This document shows positions 1 through 12,993 of a stretch of 40,089 nucleotides of DNA, one piece after another. Position 1 is the first letter of the stretch. The number at the start of each line of letters is the position of its first letter. Origin of the DNA: Proteromonas lacertae (Eukaryota); assembly GCA_002245135.1 (NCBI GenBank), contig NGBS01000316.1:62001-102089 (forward strand), in the 5' to 3' direction. The notes beneath the pieces were generated by a model. The model saw only the letters and a list, made by a program, of their open reading frames with translations, searched no databases and was not told where the DNA came from. The position numbers and the translations under genes were made by a program.

Positions 1-3000
1 TCCAATGTCAATCCTTCAATTTTTGGATGTATATCATAGGTAGTATCCTTACCTGATACTGTAAATAAACTGACATTATAATAATAATTACCAGCTATGA
101 AGGTATATTCACTTTCTTTATATATTAAGGTAGGTAGTTCTTTATTACTACAAGTTGAGACAATTTCTATCCATTTTCTATCATTTCCACAGTAAAATGT
201 TCTTTCTCCGCCTAAAGTATCATTATTACATGGAATTGATATTTCAGTTCCACTTAAAGTCTTAGGAAGTTTCTTATCAATCGATGCTTCACAATACCTT
301 ATAGGACATAAATGAAAATTAATATCACGTAATATCAGAAGCTTATCTGAACCAGTAACATATTTATAACTAATCCGAAATGAGGAATATAAAGTTGATA
401 AATTATAGTTTGTAAATATTTTTCTATTGTTGTATGGATATAATATATTATCGAATTTTGCTATAGAAACATGAAAATTATTAATATCAAATCCATCAAA
501 ATCAATATCTTGAAGAGCACTTTTACCTTTTACTACTGCCTGAATACTGAATTGATTAAAATAAGAATAAAAATGATCTTTAAATCTGATTTCTATCCAT
601 CCATTTATATCACTCTTCCATATTGAATTTGGATTCTCATCAAAACCATATTTTATTTTTGATTGTAATGAATAATCATGAGTATCAGTTTCATTAACAG
701 TATTTGTATATTTGTTTAATATTAAACAATCGCTTTCACTTCCAATGATTCTTAATAAATAGGTATTTATTTGAGGGAAATTAGTTTGATTCTCAAATTT
801 ATGTAATTCGATTGTGATTATTACTTTTTCTTCTTCTAAAAATGACAATGGTAATATAAACACTTCATCTGTCATATTATCATTTCTTCCCGTTGCCATT
901 GTATCTGGAGTTATCTCACCAGGTGGTAAATTATTTCGAAATATCTCTTCTCCATTTATCTTCATCAATATTCCACTTATATATCTTACTTTAAATGTAA
1001 ATGCATTATATTTCTCTAAATCACTAAATGAATCAATCTTTCGGATATAAACTACATTTCCACTTATTTTTCCTTTTAATTCACTCAATGATGATTCTTT
1101 CCATACACCACTTGCTTTATCAATATCATCCCAACCATCTTCATATTTACTTGAATATTCCCATTCTGTATTAAAATTATAATCAGAAATTGCATTGAAA
1201 TCGTCACTCCCTTCATTTTCATGTAGTATCAGAGATCTTCTAGTTACAGGAATATTATTAACCAATACATCAATATAAGCACTTTTATATCCGTAATAAT
1301 GATTATAATAATAATAAAAGGAAGTATAAACATCTTCATCAAGACAATAACTATATTCATATGTAGTATCTTTAGTCTTTTTTTCTTCATCCCAATCTAA
1401 AGTAATTATGGGATGTATGTCATCTTCACTTTCAACATTCTTCTTATATAATCTGTAATTGGATTTGAATGGATAACAAGTATTTTCATCAATATAGAGT
1501 TTTATTGTAATAACTGATTTTTGCTGTTTGAAACAATAATCAAAAATATTATCTTCATATATTATCAGATTCAAATTACTTGTTGTTATTCCACTTACTC
1601 CAATTGCTTTTATGATATATTCTGTTTCTGGCAATGATTCATTTACTTTTCCACTTATTATACATGCTGAACTATTAAAATTAAGAAATGATGGTAATTT
1701 AGGTGATATTTCACATCTTTCTAAGAATCTTGTAGATTCTGGTATAATAGAAAAATTATCATTTAAGTAATATTCATATATTTTTTTACTATATTCTAAG
1801 ATTGGCAACTTAATATCAGTGGTAAAATCTATCATTTTATAATAACCATTTTCATTTGTTACATTTTCGATTAACACTCCATTAGAATACAGTGAAAATG
1901 TATTTAATATTTTGTAATTACTGCTTTCATATGTGTATAACTTATAATCACCATCAATTAAACATACTGTTTGAGAATAAACAGGAAAAAAATCTGTATA
2001 AAGAAGAATTTCATCTGATATTGGAGATAAATCTAAATTCTTAAATTGATATATTAATGAATGATATCTTTTATCATCATTACAATCGAATTTGAAATAT
2101 ACTAATTTTTCATTTTCTAAACATCCACTTAGAATATTAACTAATATTGTTTTAGTAATTGGCATTTTACAACTTCTGTAATAAGCTTTTATTATAATTT
2201 CATATACATTCAATGGAATTCTCGGAGTTATTGTAAAAACATTCGTTATATTATTAAATGTATAATTAATAATTTCACTTTCTATTTTATAATACAACAC
2301 AAAACCATTATTAACTTCGATTGAAAAATGTCTTTCTTTTCCTAAAGTTAAATTCAACCAATCATAATGAACAACATTAACATTATCTAAATCAAGTAAA
2401 TGAATGCCTTGAGGTATAATATAATCAATAACACTCATCTGGATTGTGGTATTTAGAATTATGCCATTATTCAATTTACCACTTATTACATAAGATTTCT
2501 TTTCAGTTTCTAGTCTTGGAATTCCATGAATGCCACAAATATCACTCAATTCTATACCTTTTGGTAAGGTTGGATATGATTTACAATTACTGATTAAACC
2601 ATTTACATGGACAGTTGGATATAAATCATCGATTTGTTTATCTTTTAGAAAAACCACATAACTACTACTATATTCAAAATCATCTCTTGGAATATAGTAT
2701 AAATATTCATTCAAATCTTCATATTCACCTTCTCCTTTCTTCATATATAATTCTATTCCATTTTTACCAACATATTTCATATAATTTACTCGAATGAAGT
2801 GATAACCAGTATTCAATTTGATTGTTATATTAATAGAACTCCATTTATGATTTCCACTGTTATTTATTATTTCTACATTATCAATATATAACCAAGATCC
2901 ATATACAGATGTTAGATTGAATAAATAAATATCATCACTATCAATTCTTAAATACCCTTCCCAATTAATTCCAAATTCATTTTCTAAATTGTGAGTTAAT

Positions 3001-4650
3001 CCATCCCAAACACTGTTATCAATTTCATATGGATGATTTATTCCTTCTTCTAATCGGATCATTTCAACATTCACATTTTCACTAGATGGAGTATATGGAA
3101 TTGTATTTACATAGTTGAAATTATCTGTTTTTAAATAATAACCAACGATTCCTTTCACATATTTATCTATTACATCTATCATTATTGTTACTGTATTTGT
3201 TCTTGAAGTACTGGTTTTACAATATATGTTCATTGATATTTTGGAAGTTATTTTACCTTTCAATATGTTTTTATCTAAATCTATTGATATTAAATCACCT
3301 CCAAAACAATCACTAGCTTTTCCTCTTTCAAATTTGAATGGAATTTCAAAATAACTATTCATTGGAACACTGTAATAATCACTGTCAAATCTCAAATCAG
3401 AAACTGGCTTATATAATGTTTTAGCTTGATAAAATGGAATTGATTCTTCTTCAGTGTTATTTGGTTTTATCCATTTCAGTTTTAATCTGTAACTGGATGA
3501 ATCATATTTATCTGAACATTTTACATCTTCATCACCACCTGAATAACACTCTTTTTGTTTTTTACTGTAAAATCCTCTCATCTCAAAATCATGATAACCA
3601 AATATTAATCTCACTTTATTTGAAGATTCTGAATATTCCCATAAACTACAAAACCCATAATAATCCATATTATCTTTAGTATAATTGAATTTGGTTGAAT
3701 TAAAAACATTTACTTCATCAACATACACTTCATATAATGAATAATCAGAATTACTCATAAATATATATTCTCCTTCATTTTCCACATATATTAACCCTTT
3801 TATGGTGAAATTCCAATACTCAATACTATTTGAGGATAAATAATGTTTCAATTTTTCATCCCAAATAACGTAAGTATTATCACCATCTAATCCATCTATA
3901 TTATCTATTACTGTGTTTAAACTGTTATAAACTGTTGTAATTTTATCATAACCACAACTAAATTCATTTACTCCGTCTATTTCAATATTCAATCCTGTTT
4001 TATACTCAAATGGAATTTTGGATATTATAATATCTGTTGTTATTCCACTTTCATTTGAAGGATTTTTAGCTTTTATTGTTATTCTATTTATATATATTAT
4101 ATCACTTTATTACATACATTAATCTATCGATTGGAGAATAATCATTGAATGATAGTATTCCATTTTCAGATATTGAGATATTGTAACTTCCTAATGGTTG
4201 AAAAGATATTGACCAATTTTCTACTTTTCTATCACATTTACATTCAAATGAATCTTTCAAACTGTCCACTATATTCAATTCATCTATTCCACATGATATT
4301 ACTGTTAGTACATCCCAAACTACAAAAAATTAACAATAATTATACTCTTTATATTTAATACACTTCTCAATTTAGTTTCATCTTGTTTGGTTAATGTCAC
4401 AATATATAGTTCAACATCTTCTTCTTCAGGAATACCTGTGATTCTACCACTTGAAGGATCAAGTGATAGGCCTTTGATTAAACTAGGCTTAACCGTAAAT
4501 ACACCTCCATAAGATCGGATATTTGGACTATTCGACATTATTGCTTTACCTACAACATAATTTGGATTTTGATTTGAATAATCAAAATCATTCTTAGCAA
4601 ATACACACAGAATCAGGATTGCTAATAATTATATTTATTTACATATACAA
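1..4650 (-). CDS. Large secreted/surface protein with putative Ig (He_PIG-like) repeats and a PA14-like domain; 3' end runs off the window; interrupted by short introns and frameshifts
   Basis: Manual minus-strand translation gives a hydrophobic LAILILCVFA start region, He_PIG-like segments (LIKGLSLDPSSGRITGIP; LPKGIELSDICGIHGIP; LPSFLNFNSSACIISGKV) and a PA14-like INWEGYLRIDSDDIYLFNLTSVYGSWLYIDN...LNTGYHFIRV near 2790-2970. Exact start uncertain. Confidence 0.65.
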
Positions 4651-4829
4651 AATAAGCAAAACTCTCTTATTTCCGTCTTGAATACAAAATCACTATACTG
4701 AAAATAACTATACACAAATTTTTCAAAGCTCAGATCATGATTTTGAGCTTGTCGAGCTGTCGAAGGTATTTCATTTTTCTTAATATACTTTAGTCCCAGC
4801 TTAATCAAAACACTTGATTTTATTTCTTG

Positions 4830-6059
4830 ATGGATTCTCCTGTCGGTGTATCTTTTCATTCCGCATGTAATCCAACAATAATCACGTTGATTACTTTTCT
4901 TGCAATATTGGTTGAGTTAGTTTGGTTGATTGTGCTAACAGGTATTACATTACTTTATATATGATGATTTTCAATAGCATCAAAGTCATCTTCAAGTAGT
5001 TCTTCAGATTACAACCCAAATGTATTATTAACAGGTTCACCAAAACCTCCAAGTGGTTATCGTTATGGTGGAGCGTTAGATTCAGGTCGTGGAGGTTGGG
5101 TTCATATTCCTTCTCTTCCAGAGCCAATAAGTGATATTACATCTGAATCATATGGTGATAAAGTGTTATTATTCGGTGGTTTACTTAGAAACTTAACTAT
5201 CAACCCACACATGTATATCTTCCACTCAGTATTTCAGAATTACACTGTTATTAATACAACTCCTAATCCAGTCTACAGAGCAGGGCATGTTTTAGTAAAT
5301 GACAAATTATATCTATTTGGTGGTTACAATACCTATGATGGAGGTGAAAATGGTCATCCAACCAATCAAGTAAGAGTATATGATATAAATTCAGGTATTT
5401 GGTCAAATTTGAAAGAATTAACCATAGCAAGAGGTGATGTAGCTGCTGAAGCATATGATGCTAATACTGTTTATCTATTTGGAGGATATGGTGAAGAATT
5501 CAGTCAAGATCAAACAGGTAATTTATGTCAAAAATATGATATAAGAGCTAACTCATATTCTTCCTGTAAAAGCATGCCAACTCCACGTGGAGATTTGAAT
5601 ACAGTAAAGAAAGAGAATGCAATCTATGCAATAGGTGGTTATAGAGCTAGTGATGATAGTTTTGTGAAAACATTTGAAGTTTATCATCCAGATAGTGATA
5701 GTTGGTCAAAAAGAGCTGATGTACCAATAGCATTAGGCGATTTTGGATTAGTGAAAGCTCATAATCACGTTTATCTCATTGGAGGTGAATTATTTAGTGG
5801 TTATACTGCTGAATGTCCATGGGGACCTTGTCATGTTAATGAAATACCATCTCATGCAGTTTTCTTATATGATGAAATGAATGATTTTTGGATTAGACTG
5901 GCACCATTGCAACAAGCTAGATTTAGAATTGCTTGTGCTGTTTATAAAGATACATTGTTTGCATTTGGTGGCAGTACTGAGAATGAAGTAGCAACTGACA
6001 GTGTTGAAGCATATCCGATTGTTGATGATAAGATCTTATATTATCATTATAAGAATTAA
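4830..6059 (+). CDS. Kelch-repeat beta-propeller protein with N-terminal transmembrane anchor; intron 4942-4977
   Basis: ATG at 4830, hydrophobic ITLITFLAILVELVWLIVLT, and a 36-nt GT..AG intron joining in frame to ORF 5163-6059, which has six kelch GG motifs (LFGG, LYLFGG, VYLFGG, IYAIGG, VYLIGG, LFAFGG) with Y..W spacing. Confidence 0.85.
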
Positions 6060-6674
6060 AATCATTTCATAGGAATTTGTGTCGGTGTTTTTTTGCTTAT
6101 TATTATATCAACATAAGTATTAATGAAAGAAATGAGTGTTTAATTAGTTAAATTTACATGACAATACTTTAAAATTGGCTTTTTAGACTTTATATGGCGA
6201 TGTCTTATAGGTTTCTTTATTTCCTTTATTGAAAATACTAAATAGCAAATGAACAGCAATATTCCACATAACACTGAAAAACTTGCACTATATGCTCATA
6301 ATAGATAAATTGAAATATTACCTTAGAGAATTTCTATGTTTAACATCTACTATTTTAAAATCTATTATCATAAAAGCTATAACTATTAAATATACAATTT
6401 TCTATAACGAAAAAGCACATTAAAAATCCAAACAACGGAGCTCCGATTATTAACCAAACATAAAACATGAATTTTGATATAACAGACAAATTTTGTGGAA
6501 AAATATATCTTTATAAAGTGATTATAGTAAATATGTTGTACAAATAACTATTCTCTTCTTCTAACATGATGTTACAAAGAATGGGGATTTTATTGGACGA
6601 AAAATTTGCATAAACCAATTTCGTGTTTTTTTATTTTCTCTCTTCTAAGTCAACATTAATCATAAAAACAATTA

Positions 6675-9600
6675 TTACATTAATATACAACAATTTGCTG
6701 AAGATTCTGATAGAAAACCAGTTAATTCATTTCTCTTTTCAATAATTCTCAAATTCTTTATAGAATGGAAAGATTGCATAAACGATTTAATATCATCAGA
6801 ACAAACATTATTTTTAAATGTTACACATAATTCGTCTAAATCTTCAAATACTTCTGAATTATTCTTAATCAATTCCATTTCTTGCTTCTCTAACTCATTT
6901 CTACTTATATCAATTTTCTTTAATGGATAATAATCTTTCAATCTATTAATTAAAACAGTTAAACCCTTAATTCTCATATTGGTATTAGATAAATTCAAGG
7001 AGATGGGTTTATATTGAAATGTTTCTACAAATTTATCAAAATATCTACAAACAATTTCTACTCCTTCATCTCCTATTGGATTACCATCAATATCTATAAG
7101 ATAAGCATCTTCACTTAAACAATTCACTATTTCTGCCAATCCTGATGATGTTATATGGTTATTTGATAGAGTAAGTCTTGTGTATTTTATGTATTTAATT
7201 AATGATATATGAGAATCATTGATATTCATATCTGAAAATGTGCTATATCTCTTTTTATTATTGCAATAGTTTAAATAATATTTCAATTCTCTTTCTGTCC
7301 AATTGGTTGACTTTATAATGATGAAAGGATATGTTTTTTTCTTTAATGATTTTTTACACAAAGCTTTCAATCCTTTCATTCCAATATAATTACCAGACAA
7401 TTTCACTGAACTACAATAACCAATTCTATCAAGTATTTCTGATAGAATAATAGCTCCATTATCATCTATTGATGTATTTTCCAAGTTTATATCTATAAAG
7501 TTGATTTTCTCTAAATTGTCATCAAATATCTTTATACCTAAATCACCAATTGGATTGTCTATAATAAGAAAAAATAAATTACATTCAATCATACTTTGTA
7601 TATATATTTTATCTATTCTTTCATTCTTGATAAGTCTCTCAAGACAATCGGTATTATCTGGCTTTATATTATTATCTGAAAGATCTAATATTTTAATTGT
7701 TCTATGAACAAATTCTAAACACTCAGCAATGTGAGAAATACTATTTATTGTTAGTTTCATATCTATTATGTATATAATCATTTAATATACTCACAAAATA
7801 AATGTCAGGAAGGAAGTATTTCTTATAAGGCAGTAGCTTAATAACACCCTTATCACCAATAGGATTACCAAACAAATGAAGCTTTATCAAATTGACAAAA
7901 CTACTTAAATTACTAACTAAGCAGTTTATACCTTTTTCTGTTAGACAATTATCTATTCCATTAAAAATAGAGAGTATTTATACTACTCAAATCTAAACTT
8001 TCTATTGCCTCACATTCATCTTTTCTCAACTTAATAAACGCTTCGAAAAAAACATCATCAATTTCTAAGTTGCATAACTTTAAACCCAACAGTTTATCAA
8101 AATTGTAGTGTTGAATATATTTCACTAATGATGGAATTGACACATCAACAAGTAAGTCTTTACACATATCAAATTTTACTTTTTCAATTCCTAAATTCAC
8201 AATAATGGATTTGATTCCATCATATCCAATGTTATTTTCCTCTATATCTAAATATTTGAGATTCTTTAGAAGTGATAAATTATTTGATAAGCATTGTATT
8301 CCTTCGTCAGTAATGTTATTGCTGGATAAGAACAATTTCTCCAAATCTGGAAACTTATATAACTCATTGCTTAATAATATAACTGATTCATCATCCAAAT
8401 GCATCTCTCTAAAATCAAACACGTTTTCCTCACTGAGTAATAATTGAAGATATGAAGTAAGCAATTTAAATCCTTTTGGACCAATAGGATTTTCTATTAC
8501 AAAATATTAAATAATAGAAATTATAATACTCTTAATATTAAGATGTAATAGATTCATATGTGGTAGTGATTCTGTTAGAGACTCAATAAACTGATGATGA
8601 ATATTGCAATTACTGACATTAAGTTCTTTTAAACTACTAAGATTAATGAAACAGTCTTTAAATAATGTTTGATTCTTAACAACTAAAGAAATATCTATAT
8701 TATTGTTATTTATAGTATAATTTATATTATACTAAACTTTATTCTTGATACACCAATCTCTTTCAACATCTCAAATAAATATTTAACTCCTTCTTCACAC
8801 TCACAAAAACAATTATTATCTATTGTAGCTGTATCACTACCTATATCATATTTTATCTTCAATAACAAATAATCCAAATAACACTTTCTTTTGTCTTTGT
8901 CATAATGACATATATAATATTTCATATAATTTTCTATGAATAAATCACTATGAAGTTTTGAAATCCACCATAAAATTAATAAATGAGATTTATTATAATT
9001 TTTATTATACTCTAACAGCAGTATTTTACTTATATCTAAGTAGATTAAAATGGAAATATTATATATATATATATACCTTTATACATTGGAGAATAAATTA
9101 AATATTGTTTTGGAAAGATATTACATATTTTCACTATTTCTATATCTCTTCTTAATAATTCAATTCTTTCTTCACTCATTTTCATTTTGTTGTTTTTAAC
9201 ACCAAACAATTCTATTTCTTTTATCATATCTTGTAAGCTTAATCTTGATTCTTCTTTCAATATAAACACTCTTTGTAAAATTGATGATACTCTACAATCC
9301 TTTATTAAATCATGTTTATATTTACATTCTTTAATATTTCTTTTTGTTTCTTCTTTAGAACGACTATTATTGAATGGTAATTCTGATGTGAATAATTCAA
9401 ATATAATACAACATATTGACCATATTTCACTTGATTCACTTAACTCTTTATTTTCTATCTGTTCAGGACTCATGAAATTTATGTCATATAAACTATAGTC
9501 ACTTTCATTTCTCAAACTATTCAAATATAAATCACACATCCTTAGACTATGATTATCTTCATTATACTGGATGTTTGATGTTTTAATATTGAAATTAAAT

Positions 9601-10020
9601 ATATCAAATTGATTTATTTTGGATAATAGAGAAAAAAGAGATAGTAATAGTGTAAGCAATTCAATGGAGGAAGGATTTGATTTAATTAAATCTTCAAGAT
9701 CATTCTTGTACATACTTCTACCAACACATATTATGTTATTTGTACATATAATTATCTCTGATGGATGTATACATGACTGTAGCAAAAGAGAAGAATACGA
9801 ATAATTTTGTTGAATATTAAACATATAATTTGCATCAACATTGCTAATATTAAATAATTTAATAATTTTCATATCGTTTTTACTACAAACTTTCAATCTC
9901 ATTTCAGTTCGGCTCTTGCAGTTTTTATCTAATATCTAAACCATATAAAGTATAAAATACTGTGACATTTGAAGGAATTACCGTCGAGAGAAGCGTATCA
10001 GAGAAGATAGAAGAAAACAT
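6675..10020 (-). CDS. Multi-exon protein: degenerate protein-kinase-like domain followed by RNI-like leucine-rich repeats
   Basis: ORF 9045-9902 has kinase subdomains (NIKTSNI, FMSPEQ, SEIWSICCIIFELFTSELPF). ORFs 7961-8464 and 6675-7781 have LxxLxLxxNxIxDxG repeats. Pieces are linked by short GT..AG introns (e.g. 9936-9960). Start and single-gene status are inferred. Confidence 0.7.
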
Positions 10021-10811
10021 TGTTTCAAAAATATATTCGTTTTGTATTCTCTTTGAATCTCATTATTTACATTATAACTCCATAACAAAACACTTTATAC
10101 TAATTTATATTATATAAATAATTAAAATGTGAGTGACTATTTTACATTCAAGAACTCTTTTGATAGTTCTTTCTTTTCTTCTTTCGATATTCCATCTATT
10201 ATAATTGTTTTAATTTCTGAAAATGTTTCTAAGAATGATTTCAATAATGTTTTATCTATATTCTCTTTTACAGTTATTGATAATTCTCTTAATCTACAAT
10301 ACTTTGATAGTTTTGATTAAACAAATCGGAGTCATATACCATTACAGATTCTATAAACAAACTTGATTTGATATTTCTATTTCATCTTCTGCTAAAACAT
10401 TTATATATATCCCACATAAAGATAAAACAAGGTAAATCTTAATTATCTAGAAGATATTTATGATTTTAAAATACTTTTAAAATGAAATTCATTTCGAAAA
10501 TTTTGGTACAATTACTCCCCCAATATTAAAAATCAAGATAAGATCTTAATTGGAAAAAATAATAGTTATTATGAGGTATAATATGAATGACAACTAAATT
10601 ATTAGTAAAAATGTAATATTTTGAATATTATTAGTTACTTCACATAAATGAAGGAGTAATTGAGAAGAGGTATATAGTTACTTTTGCATAATTGCAGAAT
10701 AATGTTCTTAACATATTCAATCATTACTGCTATATTAATATAAAGAAAATAACAATTCAACAAATTAATTTGTATTAACTTAATCAAATAAAAAGAAAAT
10801 GTAAAAACTAA

Positions 10812-11091
10812 TTAGATTTTCCAAAAGTTCAGCAATTCTATTGATTCATTAAGACGATAAGGTATTGCATAAGGATATAAAGGACTTTTAAAATTCTTAA
10901 AACACACTTCCTCAAATCCATCTTCATATTTTATACTCAAAGTTCTTCTATACATATTATATATAATTTCATATTTTTCATCTTTCTTCAAATATCGACT
11001 AGGAACTTGCACTTTTTCGCCATTCTTACCATATAAAAATGAACCATCAGCCCACATTCCTATACAGCAACTATATGGATCATCTCTTATA
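10812..11091 (-). pseudogene. 3' fragment of a SPRY/B30.2-like domain gene, 5' part cut off at the element's left end
   Basis: The frame extends upstream of the ORF (RDDPYSCCIGMWADG) to the TSD. YEIIYNMYRRTLSIKY...F..PLYPYA resembles a SPRY C-terminus. Confidence 0.45.
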
Positions 11092-11097
11092 ATATAT
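11092..11097. repeat. Left target-site duplication ATATAT
   Basis: Identical ATATAT at 32287-32292. Six bp is the usual Polinton TSD length. Because it is palindromic, the exact TIR/TSD boundary is slightly ambiguous. Confidence 0.75.
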
Positions 11098-11151
11098 TAT
11101 AGAGGATATGAATAAACAGGATATTTAGTGTTCCTATACCCAAAATATCCA
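11098..11151 (+). repeat. Left terminal inverted repeat (54 bp)
   Basis: TATAGAGGATATGAATAAACAGGATATTTAGTGTTCCTATACCCAAAATATCCA is the exact reverse complement of 32233-32286. Confidence 0.97.
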
Positions 11152-11208
11152 GTTCTGTTGAATAATTTTGCGGAAAAGTTCTACATCATAATCAGTATAG
11201 CTGTACAA

Positions 11209-11262
11209 ATCTATAGTTTTTCTCTACAGTAGCAAAGCCCCGTAGTAGAACAGCTCACTACA
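11209..11262 (+). repeat. Left subterminal imperfect inverted repeat
   Basis: ATCTATAGT(T/C)TTTCTCTACAGTAGC...GTAGAACAG(C/G)TC(A/G)CTACA matches the reverse complement of 32104-32156, with a divergent 10-11 nt centre. Confidence 0.9.
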
Positions 11263-11490
11263 TCTATAAGTCACTAACCCTAACCCTAGTTAGATCTATT
11301 TAATCATTATTATGTAATTATTTTTTTATAATATTTGATGCATAAATCATCAAAAACATCAAGAATTTATCAAATGAATGATAAATCATCAAATAAATCA
11401 ATTTTATTTTAACAATATAAAAATTGCATCTTGAATTCATTCGACATTTTCCTGAACTTTTCAGCATAAAATATTTTTTGCTTTATTAAC

Positions 11491-12222
11491 ATGTCTCACT
11501 TACATCAAATTGTTTACGTATCTGATAGTGATACAGATAGTGATTATGAGAGAGATATTGATAGTATCTCTAATCCTAAAATCAGAAAAATTTGTAAGAC
11601 AATTTATTTAGAAGATAAGGCTGCTGGTATCAAAAGACCAAAATATAGTATAACTTATATTATATTATAATTTATAGGTGTACCAGTAACAGGTGCTTCA
11701 TTTAACCCTTTTAATCCATACAGGTCTTTATCCATCAAAATTGAGTCACCCAATGGTGAGCCACCAAAAGAAAAATCACCATTATACTCACCAACAACTC
11801 CACCTGATACAGAATCAAATGTTAGACGTTTAATTAACTCTACTGTTCAAGAGCCTCCTCTACCACCACCAATTGTTGCTCATTATGATTATCATCCTGA
11901 AGAGCCTCCAATGGTAATTGCATCATTCAGTACAAATTTACCAGATAAGGACACCTTAACTTATGAAGAGATAAAGAAGCTGAGAAATGAGAGCTTAGTT
12001 GGTAATCGTATTAGAAACGGAAGAAAGAGAGTAAAGGCAATTAGAGAAGATTTAAGCTTTAAAATAGCAGCTGATGTAAACTTGTCAATGGACTTACAAA
12101 GATATTATGATGTAATGTTTAAGAAGAAGGAGTTAGAAGATAAGTTGTTTAAGCATCATAACCTAGAAACAAAACTCTTAAAGAAGATCACCAAGAAGGT
12201 ATTACAAGATAAAACTAATTAG
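11491..12222 (+). CDS. Viral hypothetical protein (233 aa; acidic N-terminus, Pro/Ser-rich middle, basic helical C-terminus) with a 30-nt intron at 11648-11677
   Basis: ATG at 11491 is open to 11647. Removing GTATAAC...TTTATAG (contains an in-frame TAA) joins it in frame to ORF 11911-12222. Confidence 0.8.
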
Positions 12223-12389
12223 TTATTAATTATTAATACTTTCTTTGATTGAATTTTGTTTTTTTATTGGTTGATTAAAAATAACATAAGCCAATAAATT
12301 AATCGAAAATCCAAGTGTTTTTTAACACTATAATTTCGATAAGATTTTCATTTGAAATTTTCTTGCTTCTTTTTTTTAAAAAAAAGACA

Positions 12390-12902
12390 ATGAATAACTC
12401 TAATATTGATAATATATATAGAAAATGTAGCACATGTAATCATAAGTATAAAATAGAATTATTTGGTAAATATAAGAATGGTAAATATCATAAATGTTGT
12501 AGAAGGTGTAGAAATATAACTAAAATACATGATAGAAAAGTTAGAGAATATTTAAAGTTAATTCCATTACCAATAAATAATAAATCAGTGAAAAAATGTA
12601 GCACTTGTTATAAAATATGTAATTTAGATAATTTTAAGAAGAATGAAGATGGATCTTATAATAAAACATGTAATCATTGTAGAGAGATTAATATAAAAAA
12701 TAGATTAAAAAGATATAAAGAAGCTATAGAATCTCATATAAAAAATGAATCTGTGAAACAATGTAGTTACTGTTTTAATGAATATAGTTTAAATTCCTTT
12801 TATAAAAAGAAAGATGGTTCATATTTTAAATTATGTCCTAATTGTATTTTTAAAGCAAGAGAACGATATAATCAATTAAAAAAAATAAATGATAATCATT
12901 GA
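12390..12902 (+). CDS. Viral zinc-ribbon protein with three CxxC-x(17-18)-CxxC repeats
   Basis: KCSTC...KCCRRC, KCSTC...KTCNHC, QCSYC...KLCPNC. First ATG is at 12390. Confidence 0.8.
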   Translation: MNNSNIDNIYRKCSTCNHKYKIELFGKYKNGKYHKCCRRCRNITKIHDRKVREYLKLIPLPINNKSVKKCSTCYKICNLDNFKKNEDGSYNKTCNHCREINIKNRLKRYKEAIESHIKNESVKQCSYCFNEYSLNSFYKKKDGSYFKLCPNCIFKARERYNQLKKINDNH

Positions 12903-12993
12903 ATTATAAATATCGATTTTTATTGGGTTTTTCATAATTTATCATTTTACTTTCATTTTCATTTTTCTTGCTCTTTTTCTAAAAATATAAAAA

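Noticed and set aside
814..4358. Short plus-strand ORFs (814, 2615, 3434, 4149)
   Set aside because: Antisense to the large minus-strand surface-protein gene.
6660..6680. Blastocystis-style TGTTTGTT motif / polyadenylation-created stops
   Set aside because: Genes checked have encoded stops and only loose TGTTTT-like matches downstream.
10129..10420. Coding-like minus-strand stretch (RLRELSITVK...IKTIIIDG) and the 63-aa plus ORF
   Set aside because: Broken by stops/frameshifts with no confident model; possibly an LRR-gene remnant.
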